Shown here piece after piece: positions 8,522 through 19,232 of a DNA stretch of 64,000 nucleotides (positions are counted from its first letter, which is position 1; each line of letters opens with the position of its first letter). The DNA is from Bacteroidota bacterium (GTDB lineage Bacteria; Bacteroidota; Bacteroidia; AKYH767-A; OLB10): NCBI GenBank assembly GCA_016713925.1, contig JADJOH010000008.1:186117-250116 (forward strand), given 5' to 3'. The position numbers and the translations under genes were made by a program. Under the pieces are notes generated by a model, which was not told the DNA's origin, ran no database searches, and worked only from the letters and a program-made list of their open reading frames with translations.

Positions 8522-11500
8522 ATGAATCATTTCGTCTCTTTCTTAAAAAAGACCTTGTTCCAAAGTGCTTTGAAATTTCTTGCTTGTGTAATTCTTTTGT
8601 TGTTCTTTTATGCTTCATTATTCGCGGGCAACTACTCCTGGAACGGAACGACTAATAATAACTGGGCCACAACCACCAACTGGTCACCCAATGGTACTCC
8701 CGGGGCTAACGACACCATCACCATCAATTCCGGAAAACCGAATCTTGAACTGGATCAGGATCGAACTGTGAACAGGATTGTTCAGAATGGAAGTACTATC
8801 GATTTAGACACCAACCAACTTTATGTGACCCAAAGAGCCAGCTTTAACGGGGGTGATGTCATAGGAGAGTCATTAAAATTACGGGGCACATACGTATATT
8901 TTCAAGGAACCGATTTTAATTGTACCTTAGATGTTGTGGTAGGACAAATAAAGTTTTCCGGCGGTACATTTGACCAGACCGGTTCCTTCGAGCAAAACGG
9001 AGGGGCCAGCGGTTGGGGTGCGGGCGGCTGTGTTTTTAATGATTCAGTAACTATTAAAAACTCGGGGGCTACCTATCTCCGTATGGGAGAAACTACCGGT
9101 GATATCTTTAACGACAAGGTTACTTTTATCAGTTCCGGCGTGTATGCCTTGCAATTGTCGTATGGCGATACCAGCAGGTACAATGGAAATGTATTTATTA
9201 ATTGCACCGGCAATGGCGGCCTTAGCTTTTGTGCAGGAACCAATGCTGCTGCTATCATCGGTGCGGGGAAGACACTTTCAGCAGGAAGCAGTGGATTGAC
9301 AGCCGGAGTGATTACACTTAAAAATATTGTGCAATCCGATTCAACCACCCAATCCATCGTCACTACCGGCACCAGTACATTAAGTATGCAGGGCTGTTCA
9401 ATTACCGGGGCAATTACTGTTTCCACCCCGAGTCTGTTGGTGAAGACCAGTACTTTTTACAATGCAGCCACTTTCACTAAAACCGGTAATGCTACCAATC
9501 ATTGGGAAGGCGGTAATGTGTTTTATGGAACCACCACCATCAACAACAATACTACCGGATCAGGTATACTGCGCATGGCATTGCAGACGGGTGATGTGTA
9601 CGCGGAAGATGTGACTTTTAATACCAGCACAGGCTATATTCAGGTGGCCTTTGCCGATACCAGTACTTTTGGCGGAGATGTGACCACTAACAATTCAAAA
9701 GTGGGCTTCAGTTCAGGCAGCGGACTTCTGCAATTTAACGGAGGCGAAGATCAGGCCCTGACCACAGCAGCCATCATTTCTGCTCAGAAATTCATGTTAA
9801 CAAAACCGGGCGGCCTGCTCACCACCAACCGACAAATTACCATCGATAGTGTACTCACCCTTAACGGAGGAATACTAAGTACCGATTCGCTTATCACATT
9901 AAAAGCACCGGCAATTGTAAATGGTGGCAGTATCGTGAGCCATATTGACGGACCCGTGAAAAAAATCGGGAATACGGGATTTGTTTTTCCAGTGGGAGAT
10001 CAGGGGCAATGGAACCCCATTGAAATTTCAGCACCAACTCAAACTACGGATGCATTCACCGCCCGTTTCTATCTGGAAGGACAACCCTATGGTAGTGCAG
10101 CAGATACCACCATTCGTTTATTAAATACATGTAGTTATTGGAATTTAACCCGCACAACAGGCTCTAGTAATGTAAATGTGTCGCTTTACTGGGACAGTAT
10201 TGCCTGCGGTTTATACGATACAACAGGTTTAATTGTAGCTGCATGGAACGGATCAGCCTGGAAAAATGTAGGTAAAGAAGGTATCACCGGAAATGTGATG
10301 TCAGGAAAAGTCAAGAGTCTTACGCTGACGAATTACTATGAAGCTTTTACTTGGGGCTTAACTCCGGCGCTGGGTCAACCTGGCATTATTCCCATCAATC
10401 CTGCCTTGAATATTAGTTCTTCTGATCCATCGTGGAATCATATCATCTCTGAAGATTATTTTGGATACAATGGTTCCAGTGTATTAGATGAAGGACAATA
10501 TTGGTCTGATCTTTCTTCCAACGCTGTTTTATTGCATAATGGAATCAGCAGCATTCGGCATAATGGCGGAACCAATGGTAATTACTGGGATTGGCGAACA
10601 GGATGGTTTATTCCGGAAAATGAACTGCCCAATGATTGGTTTTACCTGAAACGATCGAATAAAAAACCGTTTCCTGATTTACTTCCCGATGGAACTTTTG
10701 TAAATGAGATGCAGTATTTTAAAATATGTAATGATGCGGTTGCCGGGCGACCCATTTTCCAATTCAACAATCTGACATCAGGCTTTAACTACGAACTGGC
10801 CAGCCTTTACAGAGCGCATGAGTTGAATCTACCGGTCAGGTATGTAGAACTTGGGAATGAATTTTATTTAAATGACGAGCAATACAAAGAAGTTTTTCCT
10901 TCTTCCTTCGATTACATTAACTATGCTAATGCATATACAGATGCTTTAAAAAGCATTGTACCTTTCGCAGCTATTCAGGTGGCAGTTGTTGGATCATCAT
11001 TCAGTGAAAACTCAGCCGGACGTAGATCACTCTGGTTGGAAACTATTCTCTCAAATATCCATAATGTAACACACCGTCCTGATGCCATCACCATTCATGA
11101 ATATTATTCCAGCGGACTAAATGAACCGGTACTATCCACATTTGGGAATGCAAACATTGGCAAAATGTTTATTAAGCCTTTTAATAAAGGAGATGATCTC
11201 ATTGCAAATGAACTGAAGGCTGTTAATGACAGAAGTACAGCTTTAAGTTTGAATCCGCCTTTAGAAGTCTGGCTCACCGAATACAATATGAATGATGATG
11301 CCAGTAGTAATGTAGGAACATGGGCGCATGGATTGTTCAATGCGATTCAAACATTGAAGTATTTGGAATCACCGCTAATTACTCATCTGAGCTCACATGC
11401 AATGACGTCTGACGCGGTATATGGAAATATTTTTGAATCTGATCATGGATTCTCAAATCTTACAGCAGGACAACTTCCCTTTAATATTGGAAATCCAGCA

Positions 11501-14500
11501 ACCTTTCTAACAACAAAGTATGGCTTTACAGCTTCCGGTGCCGCACAAAACGAGATCGCACTGGCTATGAAAGGTGCAAATGTGGTAGCCCATCGGATTG
11601 ACTTTAGTGGTGATGCGACTGATATAGGAAATATAAGCTACTATGAAGCAAATGGAAGTTTGACTACGAGTATTAATTTGCTGAATTTATACGGATGGTC
11701 ATTTGAAAAAGAGGAAGGCTTTGAAGCCATCATCTTAAATTTGGGCAATCTTGAATACGATATATCAGATGCTTGTAGCCTCGGCATTTTTTCAACTTCA
11801 TCCAATTGCCCTCAGAGCATAGTTCAATTAAAAGCGATAGATCCCACAGCAGGGATAGGTTCCATTGATATTTTACCTGTTGGCAGCCTTAAGCAAGATA
11901 GATTGTATACTTCAGGAGAAATTCCAATTGCCATTCCTAATCATGTCTCCATTCCACCTTACTCGCTTACCCGAATCATCTACAGAAATCCCGGTACAAT
12001 CACACTGCGTTTAACCGATGATGAAATCTGTAAAGGGACAACTACCTCTGTACTGGTTCAAGGAGCAAATTTTAATTCAACTATTACATTGGAGGTAAAA
12101 CAAGGATCTACAACCGTTTATTCTAATAGCATTTCTGATTCACTCTTCAATCTTCCTACTAACCTGGATCCGGGTACATATACCCTTTTCGCCAATGATG
12201 GCAGTGTCACATCCGATCCTGTAAATTTAATTATTTATCCGGCAATGAGTGTAACTGCAGCTATTACTTCAGGAAATAACATTCCTTGTTTAGCAGATCA
12301 GGATATCACTTTAACTGCTGATATCAATACTACCAGCACTGCTACTTATTCCTACCTGTGGGTTCCTGATAAACATATACTCGATAATAATCCTTTTCAA
12401 CAAAGTATAGTATTGGATAATGAAAACCTGACTACACAAGCCTATCAGGTTTTTGTATTTGATGGTCAATGCTGGGCAAGTAGTAATTTGATCACTTTTG
12501 ACAGAGGGCCTTCTAGTGTTGATTTAGGTGATGATTTCACGGTTTGTGACAATAATGTAGATTTTGATTTGCGAGCGATAACTACTTATGCTTTTGTTGA
12601 CAATAGTCTATTTCATTACAGGTTACTTCAAGACAATACAGAAATCGCAACCGGTCAACTTTCTGATTTTAACGTTCCGAATCCCGGAGTTGGCAATTGG
12701 ACATATAGGGTGGAAGTATGGACGGACAATGGTACAATTAGCTCCGAAGATTGCCCCATCTGGGATGAAGTAGTTGTAAATGTAGTAGCTTGCTGCAGTT
12801 GCTCCAGTGCAATTGCATTAAGTCCTACTCCTCATGTTGTCGTGAATGAACCTGTTAACAATTATGCTGATGAGGGTGAGTTAATAGATCAGGCGATGGC
12901 ATTAGGGAATGATTTTACTGTATTTCCTTCAAATGGCGATGCAACTACCGTCACAATAACTCAAGATGATCCTGCCTATAGTATCTGCATCAACGGTGAA
13001 TTTTGGATCAGGAATGCTAATCGAGGATCCAACAACTTAGAAACGCTGGTTCTACAGAAATGTACGCTCCGATTGGGAGAAAATGGTAAAATAAAAATAA
13101 GAGGCAGAGTAAAACTGGTATTCAAAGGCTGCCTGGTTGAATCCTGCAATGGCACCACCATGTGGGATGGTGTCTATTCAGATATTACCAACCAGGCGAT
13201 AAAAGAGCCTGAAATTGAAATAACAGATTATATCTCCACACGCACGATCATACGCCACGCCAGAAATGCCGTTGTGCTACGAAGGGATTCACCATTTATG
13301 ATTGAAAAGTGTGATTTTGATAATAATTATGTGGATGTGCTCATGGAGAAGTATAATAAATCCATGAGCCAGGACAGATCTGGCAATGGGGTGAATGCCT
13401 TTTCTCAAAAAAACTATATTAGAAGTTGCAGTTTTTCAAAAACAGGCGCCTTGTTAGCCCCTTATACCGGCATCCAAAAACTGGCCGGAATCCGCTTACG
13501 TGATGTAGAACGTGTTGTGATTGGGGACAGTTCCATGCACTCAAGTGTTTCGGCGAATACTTTTTCCAATGCGAGCTATGGTATTATGGGGTACAATGCC
13601 GGTTTTGAGTGTTATAATAATACATTCAGCAATATAAATTATGATGTTGATGGAACGTCGGCAGAAGAAAAACATAAAGGATCCTGCATTTATTCCTACT
13701 CCGCCAGCGATTACAACGATCGTAAAACGATAATCGGCTGCAAGAATTTCAATGCAGGAGCACCGGCATCGCATAAAAATATTTTTACTTCATCTGTTAA
13801 TGGCATTGTTTCAGTTGGAGAGATGAATCTGAAGGTGTTTAATAATGTGTTTGGTAGTGGTAGTACCAATGAACGACTTGTAAATTATGGAATATGGACA
13901 CATGGTAGTAATAAAAAATCTGCTTACATCACTCGCGGAAATGAGTTTTATGATTACTATGTTGGCATCAGGAGTTTTGGGATTCATCCGGATGGTATCT
14001 ATCATATAGGATTTAATAATTTTTTCAACGCCTATATCCCAAATTGGAGTGTAGTGAATTCTTTTCAGGGTACAGCTATTCATATGTCGAATAGTTATGT
14101 ACCACCATCTTTTATTGGTCAATCAGAAGTTCCTCCAATTAATATTTACAACAATGAAATTGGACAAATAAATGATGAAGCTGAAATTGAACCAAGAATA
14201 GGGATTTTCACCTCTAATATTTATCAACCTATCATCCAAAACAACAATATTTATTATTTCAGAGCAGCACAGGTGTCTAAACCGCATAGCATTGGTATCT
14301 GGGCACAAAACTGTATTGCACCAAGAGTAGCAGGGAATTTAATTTTGGAGCACCAAAATATTAATCAAGGTTATGGTGCTAACCTCATTGGTATGAAGTT
14401 CGACCGAAATATTAATCCTTGTATTGGCAGCCAAAATATTACAGAGAATTTAGGCTACGGATTAAGTTTTTGGGACAATAACGGTCAGGTGGCCTTATCT

Positions 14501-15532
14501 ACCAATCAATTTACAAACTGCGACAATGGCGTAAATTTAGACTGGGCAGAAATTGGCACTCAAGGTGACCCCGACAGAACCGATGACAATGGATGGACGG
14601 ACAGAAATGTAAGTCCTGTACTTAACAGGGTGAATGGTCTTACTCTAAGTAATCTTCCGATTCGATGGTATTATCAACCTACACCTGCCGAATTTTCACC
14701 ATTGCCTAGTGGTAGTGTAAACGCAACAATAATAAATTCACCCGGAAATCCTCCGATCGATTGCCCCATTATTCAAAATGTAGCCTCACGCAACCAGACA
14801 TTCGGATATGTTATTGGCGACTCCGCCCGCTATGAGGAGAACTATCAGCCTAGTTTTAGCTATAGTGCAAAAATGATTACCCATAAAACACTGAAACGGG
14901 ATACTTCACTTATGTATATGGATGATGAAACGGATGAATCGTTTATCGATTTTTACAATGCGATGAGTCAAAGCAATATTGAGAAATACGATTCCGTTGC
15001 GCTTTTAATTACACAAGGTGAGTTTGCTGTTGCTGCTGCATTACTGGCAGGTATTGAAGATACCAATGACCAGGAAACCTTCCTTACAAATTTTTATACA
15101 CTCTACCTGACAAAAATTGTGTACGATTCTTTGCTGAGTAACGCAGATAGTTCATTGCTCATTGAAATAGCTTATTCACATTCACTACTTTATGGAGATG
15201 CTGTTTATTTGGCCCGTAACGCATTGTTTCTGGAAATACATGATGAAACACTCGAAAGCAATTTAAGAAGAGCTGTTTTTAGAAAACAACCGATTGAAAG
15301 AAATTTATCAGCTCAACCAAATCCGGCTTCTGAACGAACTCAAATAAAAATGAATGCTGAAGATTATTCAGGCAGAATGCAATTGCTGGATGGACATGGC
15401 CGGTTGATAATAGATCGAAACCTCCAAAATGGATGGTTAGACGTAAAGAGTTTGAATCCTGGAGTTTACTTTATAAAAATACCTGAAGAAGACTCTTCTT
15501 CGATACTATGCAAACTGGTTATTATCCGATAA
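8522..15532 (+). CDS. giant T9SS substrate (2336 aa): beta-helix repeats + clan GH-A glycoside hydrolase domain + Ig-like domains + right-handed beta-helix + CTD
   Basis: Signal peptide; N-terminal 'WNGTTNNNW...NWSP' and beta-helix repeats; 'SHIDGPVKKIG...FVFPVG' module; YVELGNE (E780), DAITIHEY and VWLTEYN (E920); Asn-rich parallel beta-helix; CTD 'AQPNPAS...LLDGHGR...LNPGVYFIKI'. Confidence 0.85.
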   Translation: MNHFVSFLKKTLFQSALKFLACVILLLFFYASLFAGNYSWNGTTNNNWATTTNWSPNGTPGANDTITINSGKPNLELDQDRTVNRIVQNGSTIDLDTNQLYVTQRASFNGGDVIGESLKLRGTYVYFQGTDFNCTLDVVVGQIKFSGGTFDQTGSFEQNGGASGWGAGGCVFNDSVTIKNSGATYLRMGETTGDIFNDKVTFISSGVYALQLSYGDTSRYNGNVFINCTGNGGLSFCAGTNAAAIIGAGKTLSAGSSGLTAGVITLKNIVQSDSTTQSIVTTGTSTLSMQGCSITGAITVSTPSLLVKTSTFYNAATFTKTGNATNHWEGGNVFYGTTTINNNTTGSGILRMALQTGDVYAEDVTFNTSTGYIQVAFADTSTFGGDVTTNNSKVGFSSGSGLLQFNGGEDQALTTAAIISAQKFMLTKPGGLLTTNRQITIDSVLTLNGGILSTDSLITLKAPAIVNGGSIVSHIDGPVKKIGNTGFVFPVGDQGQWNPIEISAPTQTTDAFTARFYLEGQPYGSAADTTIRLLNTCSYWNLTRTTGSSNVNVSLYWDSIACGLYDTTGLIVAAWNGSAWKNVGKEGITGNVMSGKVKSLTLTNYYEAFTWGLTPALGQPGIIPINPALNISSSDPSWNHIISEDYFGYNGSSVLDEGQYWSDLSSNAVLLHNGISSIRHNGGTNGNYWDWRTGWFIPENELPNDWFYLKRSNKKPFPDLLPDGTFVNEMQYFKICNDAVAGRPIFQFNNLTSGFNYELASLYRAHELNLPVRYVELGNEFYLNDEQYKEVFPSSFDYINYANAYTDALKSIVPFAAIQVAVVGSSFSENSAGRRSLWLETILSNIHNVTHRPDAITIHEYYSSGLNEPVLSTFGNANIGKMFIKPFNKGDDLIANELKAVNDRSTALSLNPPLEVWLTEYNMNDDASSNVGTWAHGLFNAIQTLKYLESPLITHLSSHAMTSDAVYGNIFESDHGFSNLTAGQLPFNIGNPATFLTTKYGFTASGAAQNEIALAMKGANVVAHRIDFSGDATDIGNISYYEANGSLTTSINLLNLYGWSFEKEEGFEAIILNLGNLEYDISDACSLGIFSTSSNCPQSIVQLKAIDPTAGIGSIDILPVGSLKQDRLYTSGEIPIAIPNHVSIPPYSLTRIIYRNPGTITLRLTDDEICKGTTTSVLVQGANFNSTITLEVKQGSTTVYSNSISDSLFNLPTNLDPGTYTLFANDGSVTSDPVNLIIYPAMSVTAAITSGNNIPCLADQDITLTADINTTSTATYSYLWVPDKHILDNNPFQQSIVLDNENLTTQAYQVFVFDGQCWASSNLITFDRGPSSVDLGDDFTVCDNNVDFDLRAITTYAFVDNSLFHYRLLQDNTEIATGQLSDFNVPNPGVGNWTYRVEVWTDNGTISSEDCPIWDEVVVNVVACCSCSSAIALSPTPHVVVNEPVNNYADEGELIDQAMALGNDFTVFPSNGDATTVTITQDDPAYSICINGEFWIRNANRGSNNLETLVLQKCTLRLGENGKIKIRGRVKLVFKGCLVESCNGTTMWDGVYSDITNQAIKEPEIEITDYISTRTIIRHARNAVVLRRDSPFMIEKCDFDNNYVDVLMEKYNKSMSQDRSGNGVNAFSQKNYIRSCSFSKTGALLAPYTGIQKLAGIRLRDVERVVIGDSSMHSSVSANTFSNASYGIMGYNAGFECYNNTFSNINYDVDGTSAEEKHKGSCIYSYSASDYNDRKTIIGCKNFNAGAPASHKNIFTSSVNGIVSVGEMNLKVFNNVFGSGSTNERLVNYGIWTHGSNKKSAYITRGNEFYDYYVGIRSFGIHPDGIYHIGFNNFFNAYIPNWSVVNSFQGTAIHMSNSYVPPSFIGQSEVPPINIYNNEIGQINDEAEIEPRIGIFTSNIYQPIIQNNNIYYFRAAQVSKPHSIGIWAQNCIAPRVAGNLILEHQNINQGYGANLIGMKFDRNINPCIGSQNITENLGYGLSFWDNNGQVALSTNQFTNCDNGVNLDWAEIGTQGDPDRTDDNGWTDRNVSPVLNRVNGLTLSNLPIRWYYQPTPAEFSPLPSGSVNATIINSPGNPPIDCPIIQNVASRNQTFGYVIGDSARYEENYQPSFSYSAKMITHKTLKRDTSLMYMDDETDESFIDFYNAMSQSNIEKYDSVALLITQGEFAVAAALLAGIEDTNDQETFLTNFYTLYLTKIVYDSLLSNADSSLLIEIAYSHSLLYGDAVYLARNALFLEIHDETLESNLRRAVFRKQPIERNLSAQPNPASERTQIKMNAEDYSGRMQLLDGHGRLIIDRNLQNGWLDVKSLNPGVYFIKIPEEDSSSILCKLVIIR

Positions 15533-15540
15533 GAAAGGTG

Positions 15541-17076
15541 ATGAGAAAAGTTGTCATAATTGTCCTCTTACTTTTAACCTCCGCTTGTTTGTATGCCCAA
15601 AAATACAAAAGGGATGTATGGTGCTTTGGTGATTCGACTGGAATTGATTGGACAAATCCTTCAAATCCTTCTACATTTATTTCAATGAACAGAGGAAGAA
15701 GCGGAACGGTAAGTTTATGTGATAGTTCTAATCAATTATTAATCTATGGAGGATTCTATGCAAATGGATTAACTTCACAAATAAAATGTAGGGTTAACAA
15801 CAGATTTCATACTAAAGTTGAGAATGGCGACTCAATCTTTTTAGAGGAATGGTACCATTCTTTAATTTTAATTCCAAAACCAGGTAATGATTCTGTAGCA
15901 TTTTTATTCACAAATATTGTTGTAAATGCATTAGATCCTTACGGTCTATATTATTCAATTATAAATTATAAAGCGAACAATGATTCCGGAATTGTTACCC
16001 AAAAAAATATACAACTAAACAACCTGCCGGCATTTGATGGTTTAGCTGCTTTAAAGCATGGAAACGGCCGGGATTGGTGGGTAGTATTTAAAGAATACGA
16101 CCCTACACCTCCTTACACTTTAACCAGTAAGTTTTATATTTATTTGGTTAATGAAACCGGGCCTGCACTTCATCATACACAAACAGTAGTTACTGTCTTT
16201 AGTGATGGAGGTGGGCATTCACTTTTTAATATAGATGGCTCTAAATTTTACTTGTGTACTTGGGGGGGCGTTATAGAGTACTTTGACTTTGACAGATGCA
16301 CCGGACTATTTTCCAACCCTGTAGTAATTGAACCAACAAGAAGCGCTCAGCCTTATCCTTTTTATAATTCATTGGCATTATCTCCTGATGAAACAAAGCT
16401 ATATGTGTCTGCTTTTTCTCAATTAAGCTCATTAGGAGGAACGGATTCTTTGTACCAGTTTGATTTAACAGCGGCTAATATTTCAGCCAGTAAAACACAT
16501 ATTTATGGAGCTCCTAATACCTATATTGGATTGGGAGGATTAAGAAAAGCACCGGACAATAAAATTTATCTTGCCGCAGCATATGAGAATTATTACCCAT
16601 ATCAGGACACCTCCTACAATGTCTATAACACCCACCTCTCCGTAGTCAACCAACCCGATTCACTCGGCCTCGCCTGCGATTTTCAGCCCTTTAGCTTTTA
16701 CCTTGGTGGTGCCAGAACCTATTACGGTCTCCCCAACAATCCCGATTACGAACTCGGTTCGTGGGTGGGTTCGCCTTGTGATACGCTGAGCGTTGGGGTG
16801 GATGATAATGTAACGGAGCAGCAAACGTTCTTTCAAGCCTGGTATAATAGTGAGTGGAATATGATTCACGTCAACGCTTCTAAACTCAAAGGAAGAGCGG
16901 GGAGTTTACGGTTGTTTGATATGGAGGGAAGGTTGGTGTACGAGAAGAAAATTGAGGTGATTGCTGGAGGGTATGTGACGGGAGAGATACCGATGAATGG
17001 GGTGGCGAAGGGGGTTTATCTGGTGAATTTAATTTCCGATTCGGAAAGTGCCTCATCCAAGATTATTAAATTTTAG
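15541..17076 (+). CDS. T9SS beta-propeller protein
   Basis: Likely start MRKVVIIV; 'DVWCFGD', 'LKHGNGRDWW' and 'LSPDETKLY' blade motifs; CTD 'RLFDMEGRLV...KGVYLVNL'. Confidence 0.85.
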   Translation: MRKVVIIVLLLLTSACLYAQKYKRDVWCFGDSTGIDWTNPSNPSTFISMNRGRSGTVSLCDSSNQLLIYGGFYANGLTSQIKCRVNNRFHTKVENGDSIFLEEWYHSLILIPKPGNDSVAFLFTNIVVNALDPYGLYYSIINYKANNDSGIVTQKNIQLNNLPAFDGLAALKHGNGRDWWVVFKEYDPTPPYTLTSKFYIYLVNETGPALHHTQTVVTVFSDGGGHSLFNIDGSKFYLCTWGGVIEYFDFDRCTGLFSNPVVIEPTRSAQPYPFYNSLALSPDETKLYVSAFSQLSSLGGTDSLYQFDLTAANISASKTHIYGAPNTYIGLGGLRKAPDNKIYLAAAYENYYPYQDTSYNVYNTHLSVVNQPDSLGLACDFQPFSFYLGGARTYYGLPNNPDYELGSWVGSPCDTLSVGVDDNVTEQQTFFQAWYNSEWNMIHVNASKLKGRAGSLRLFDMEGRLVYEKKIEVIAGGYVTGEIPMNGVAKGVYLVNLISDSESASSKIIKF

Positions 17077-17243
17077 GTGGAGTTGAGATCCTCGTCTTGA
17101 TAGAAATTATCCTTTTTACCACGGAGGTCACAGAGAGTTCACGGAGCAACACGGAGGAATTATCTAAAAAAACAACTCTATATTCATTTAAAACATTCAT
17201 CAATTCATCAACTCATTAATTCATCAATTCCCTTTTGTGGTTT

Positions 17244-17891
17244 CTACTTCTCATACACATTAAAAACTCTTTTCACCACGGTCACAATTGTTGTCGCAAG
17301 TATGGCACCCGAGAAGGCCAGCATGATGTCTTTTTGTGCATCCCAGACATCTCCTTGTGTGCCGAGATAGGCATCGCCCTGTGCTTTGAAGAAGACATCG
17401 GCTACGGCCCATTCTATTAACTCATAGAAGGCGCTGATGGATAAGGTGATTTCGATGGGCAATACCCACGACACCCATTTCGGATAGGACAACCAGCGTA
17501 AAAACATCTCCCGCATGGGATACGCCAACAGAAATCCGAAACTAAAATGTACAATTCGGTCGTAATGGTTTCGTGAGCTGTTGAATGCTTCCTGTAACCA
17601 GTAGCCAAAAGGATTTTCGGCATACGTGTATTTTGATCCGTACACGTGCAGGCAGAGATAAATACAAAACAGCAGATAGCTGACATCGCTGAACTGGTAG
17701 CGTTTGTAGGTGATGATCAGAAAGGGGAGAAAGAGAAAGACCAGCACGTTCTCGAGAATCCAGTTGCTCATATCCGTGGTGCCAACAAATGTGCTGATCC
17801 AGATTAAGCCGAAGACCACTAGAAATAGTTTTAGCCAGATGTTTTGTCCGAAAGGAACACGTGTTTTGGAGATGGCAATAGTGAAGGGCAT
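17244..17891 (-). CDS. DUF2238 (YjdF-like) inner membrane protein
   Basis: Hydrophobic; motifs 'W.LEN', 'RNHYDRIVHF' and 'GTQGDVWDAQKD'. Likely start at 17891. Confidence 0.85.
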   Translation of the reverse strand: MPFTIAISKTRVPFGQNIWLKLFLVVFGLIWISTFVGTTDMSNWILENVLVFLFLPFLIITYKRYQFSDVSYLLFCIYLCLHVYGSKYTYAENPFGYWLQEAFNSSRNHYDRIVHFSFGFLLAYPMREMFLRWLSYPKWVSWVLPIEITLSISAFYELIEWAVADVFFKAQGDAYLGTQGDVWDAQKDIMLAFSGAILATTIVTVVKRVFNVYEK

Positions 17892-17960
17892 AATACAGCA
17901 GATTTTTATAGCGGTAATATTAGTAAAATCCTCTGGAATAGCAATGGTAACCAAGGGAAG

Positions 17961-18509
17961 TTAGCTTACTTCGCTCCCGGGATGAAATTGTATGGCATAT
18001 TGCAATAATTCTTCACCGGTATTTTCATAGATGATACGCTTTTCATAGGACAAGCCGAGCTTTTCCAGAAGCCGGATAGAAGCCTTGTTTTCTTCCAGGG
18101 TGATTGCAATGATTCTTTCTAAATGATGTCTTTCTTTTCCATCAGCAAGGACTGCTGCAGCGGCTTCCATCGCATAACCCTTTCCCGTAAATTGTGGAAG
18201 AAAAGCAAATCCGATATCCGTCTCTTCCCAGTGATCACGCCGGATTAATCCACAAATGCCCACGGGTGTTTCTGTTTCTTTCAATGCAACAAGATACAGT
18301 CCATACCCATATTTTTGATAACTGCTTACGGGTCCGTTGTGAATGTACTTTACCGCATCCGCTATTGTGTGAACATGCCGGTCGCCAATGTAACGCAGCC
18401 ATCCTTCGGTGTTTAAAAGTTCTACTATGAAGGGCGCATCATTTTCGTTCAATTCGCGAAGAAAAAGTCGGGTGGTATTTAAGAGGATGTTCATCTCAGA
18501 AAGGCTCAC
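17961..18509 (-). CDS. GNAT N-acetyltransferase (RimJ/RimL type)
   Basis: 'TTRLFLREL', 'DIGFAFLPQFTGKGYAMEAA', 'NKASIRLLEKLG'. Confidence 0.9.
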   Translation of the reverse strand: MSLSEMNILLNTTRLFLRELNENDAPFIVELLNTEGWLRYIGDRHVHTIADAVKYIHNGPVSSYQKYGYGLYLVALKETETPVGICGLIRRDHWEETDIGFAFLPQFTGKGYAMEAAAAVLADGKERHHLERIIAITLEENKASIRLLEKLGLSYEKRIIYENTGEELLQYAIQFHPGSEVS

Positions 18510-18514
18510 CGCAT

Positions 18515-18883
18515 TTAGTATTCAATAAACAGTACCAGATTTCTACCACCCTCCCGGAACGCCGCATTCTTCCAATCATAATTATTTACGCCTGAATAGA
18601 GTAATGAATCGTTGCCGGGCTGTACCAGAGTGACTTGAAAAGTAGAAAAGAAATTGCTGGGTAATACATGTCCTCCCGAACCTTCAATCGCCGTAAAAAT
18701 AAAGGTGGTGTCGAAGGGTGGAATGGTGTCCTCCGTTAATAAAATGGGGTTACCAATATAGGAAGCTTCCAGGCGAAGGAATTGATCTCCCTTGTTCACC
18801 ACATAGTAATAGCCGGTAGTGACCGGTTCCTTGATGGTGGTACAGGCGGAAAAGATCAGTAGGAGTAGGAGAACAGGTTTCAT
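18515..18883 (-). CDS. hypothetical lipoprotein
   Basis: MKPVLLLLLIFSA-C lipobox; 5 nt from the next gene. Confidence 0.7.
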   Translation of the reverse strand: MKPVLLLLLIFSACTTIKEPVTTGYYYVVNKGDQFLRLEASYIGNPILLTEDTIPPFDTTFIFTAIEGSGGHVLPSNFFSTFQVTLVQPGNDSLLYSGVNNYDWKNAAFREGGRNLVLFIEY

Positions 18884-19232
18884 TTTTCTTGCAGACAGTT
18901 CTAAGAAGTGATGAAAATAATAAAATTAAAATGAATATACCTTATTTTTCTACAGGTTTTTAAAATTGAAATATCGGAGCAATCCGATGACCAGGTCCTG
19001 ACTTGTACCTGCATTCATGGGTGAAATTATAAGTTAACAGAATTCAGCCTTTTAGTAAATGGTTTTCTACTTTAACCGCACTAAGAGTAGATACAAAGGA
19101 AATTAGAGTAATTAAAACGCCATCCAGAGTAGTAACGATTCCAAACTTAAACTTACCTATGCTGAAGCTTCGGCAGGCAGGCGCTGCGTTCGCGGCGGGT
19201 TCGTGGCGGTCGCTGCGCCTGCCTGTCGGCAG

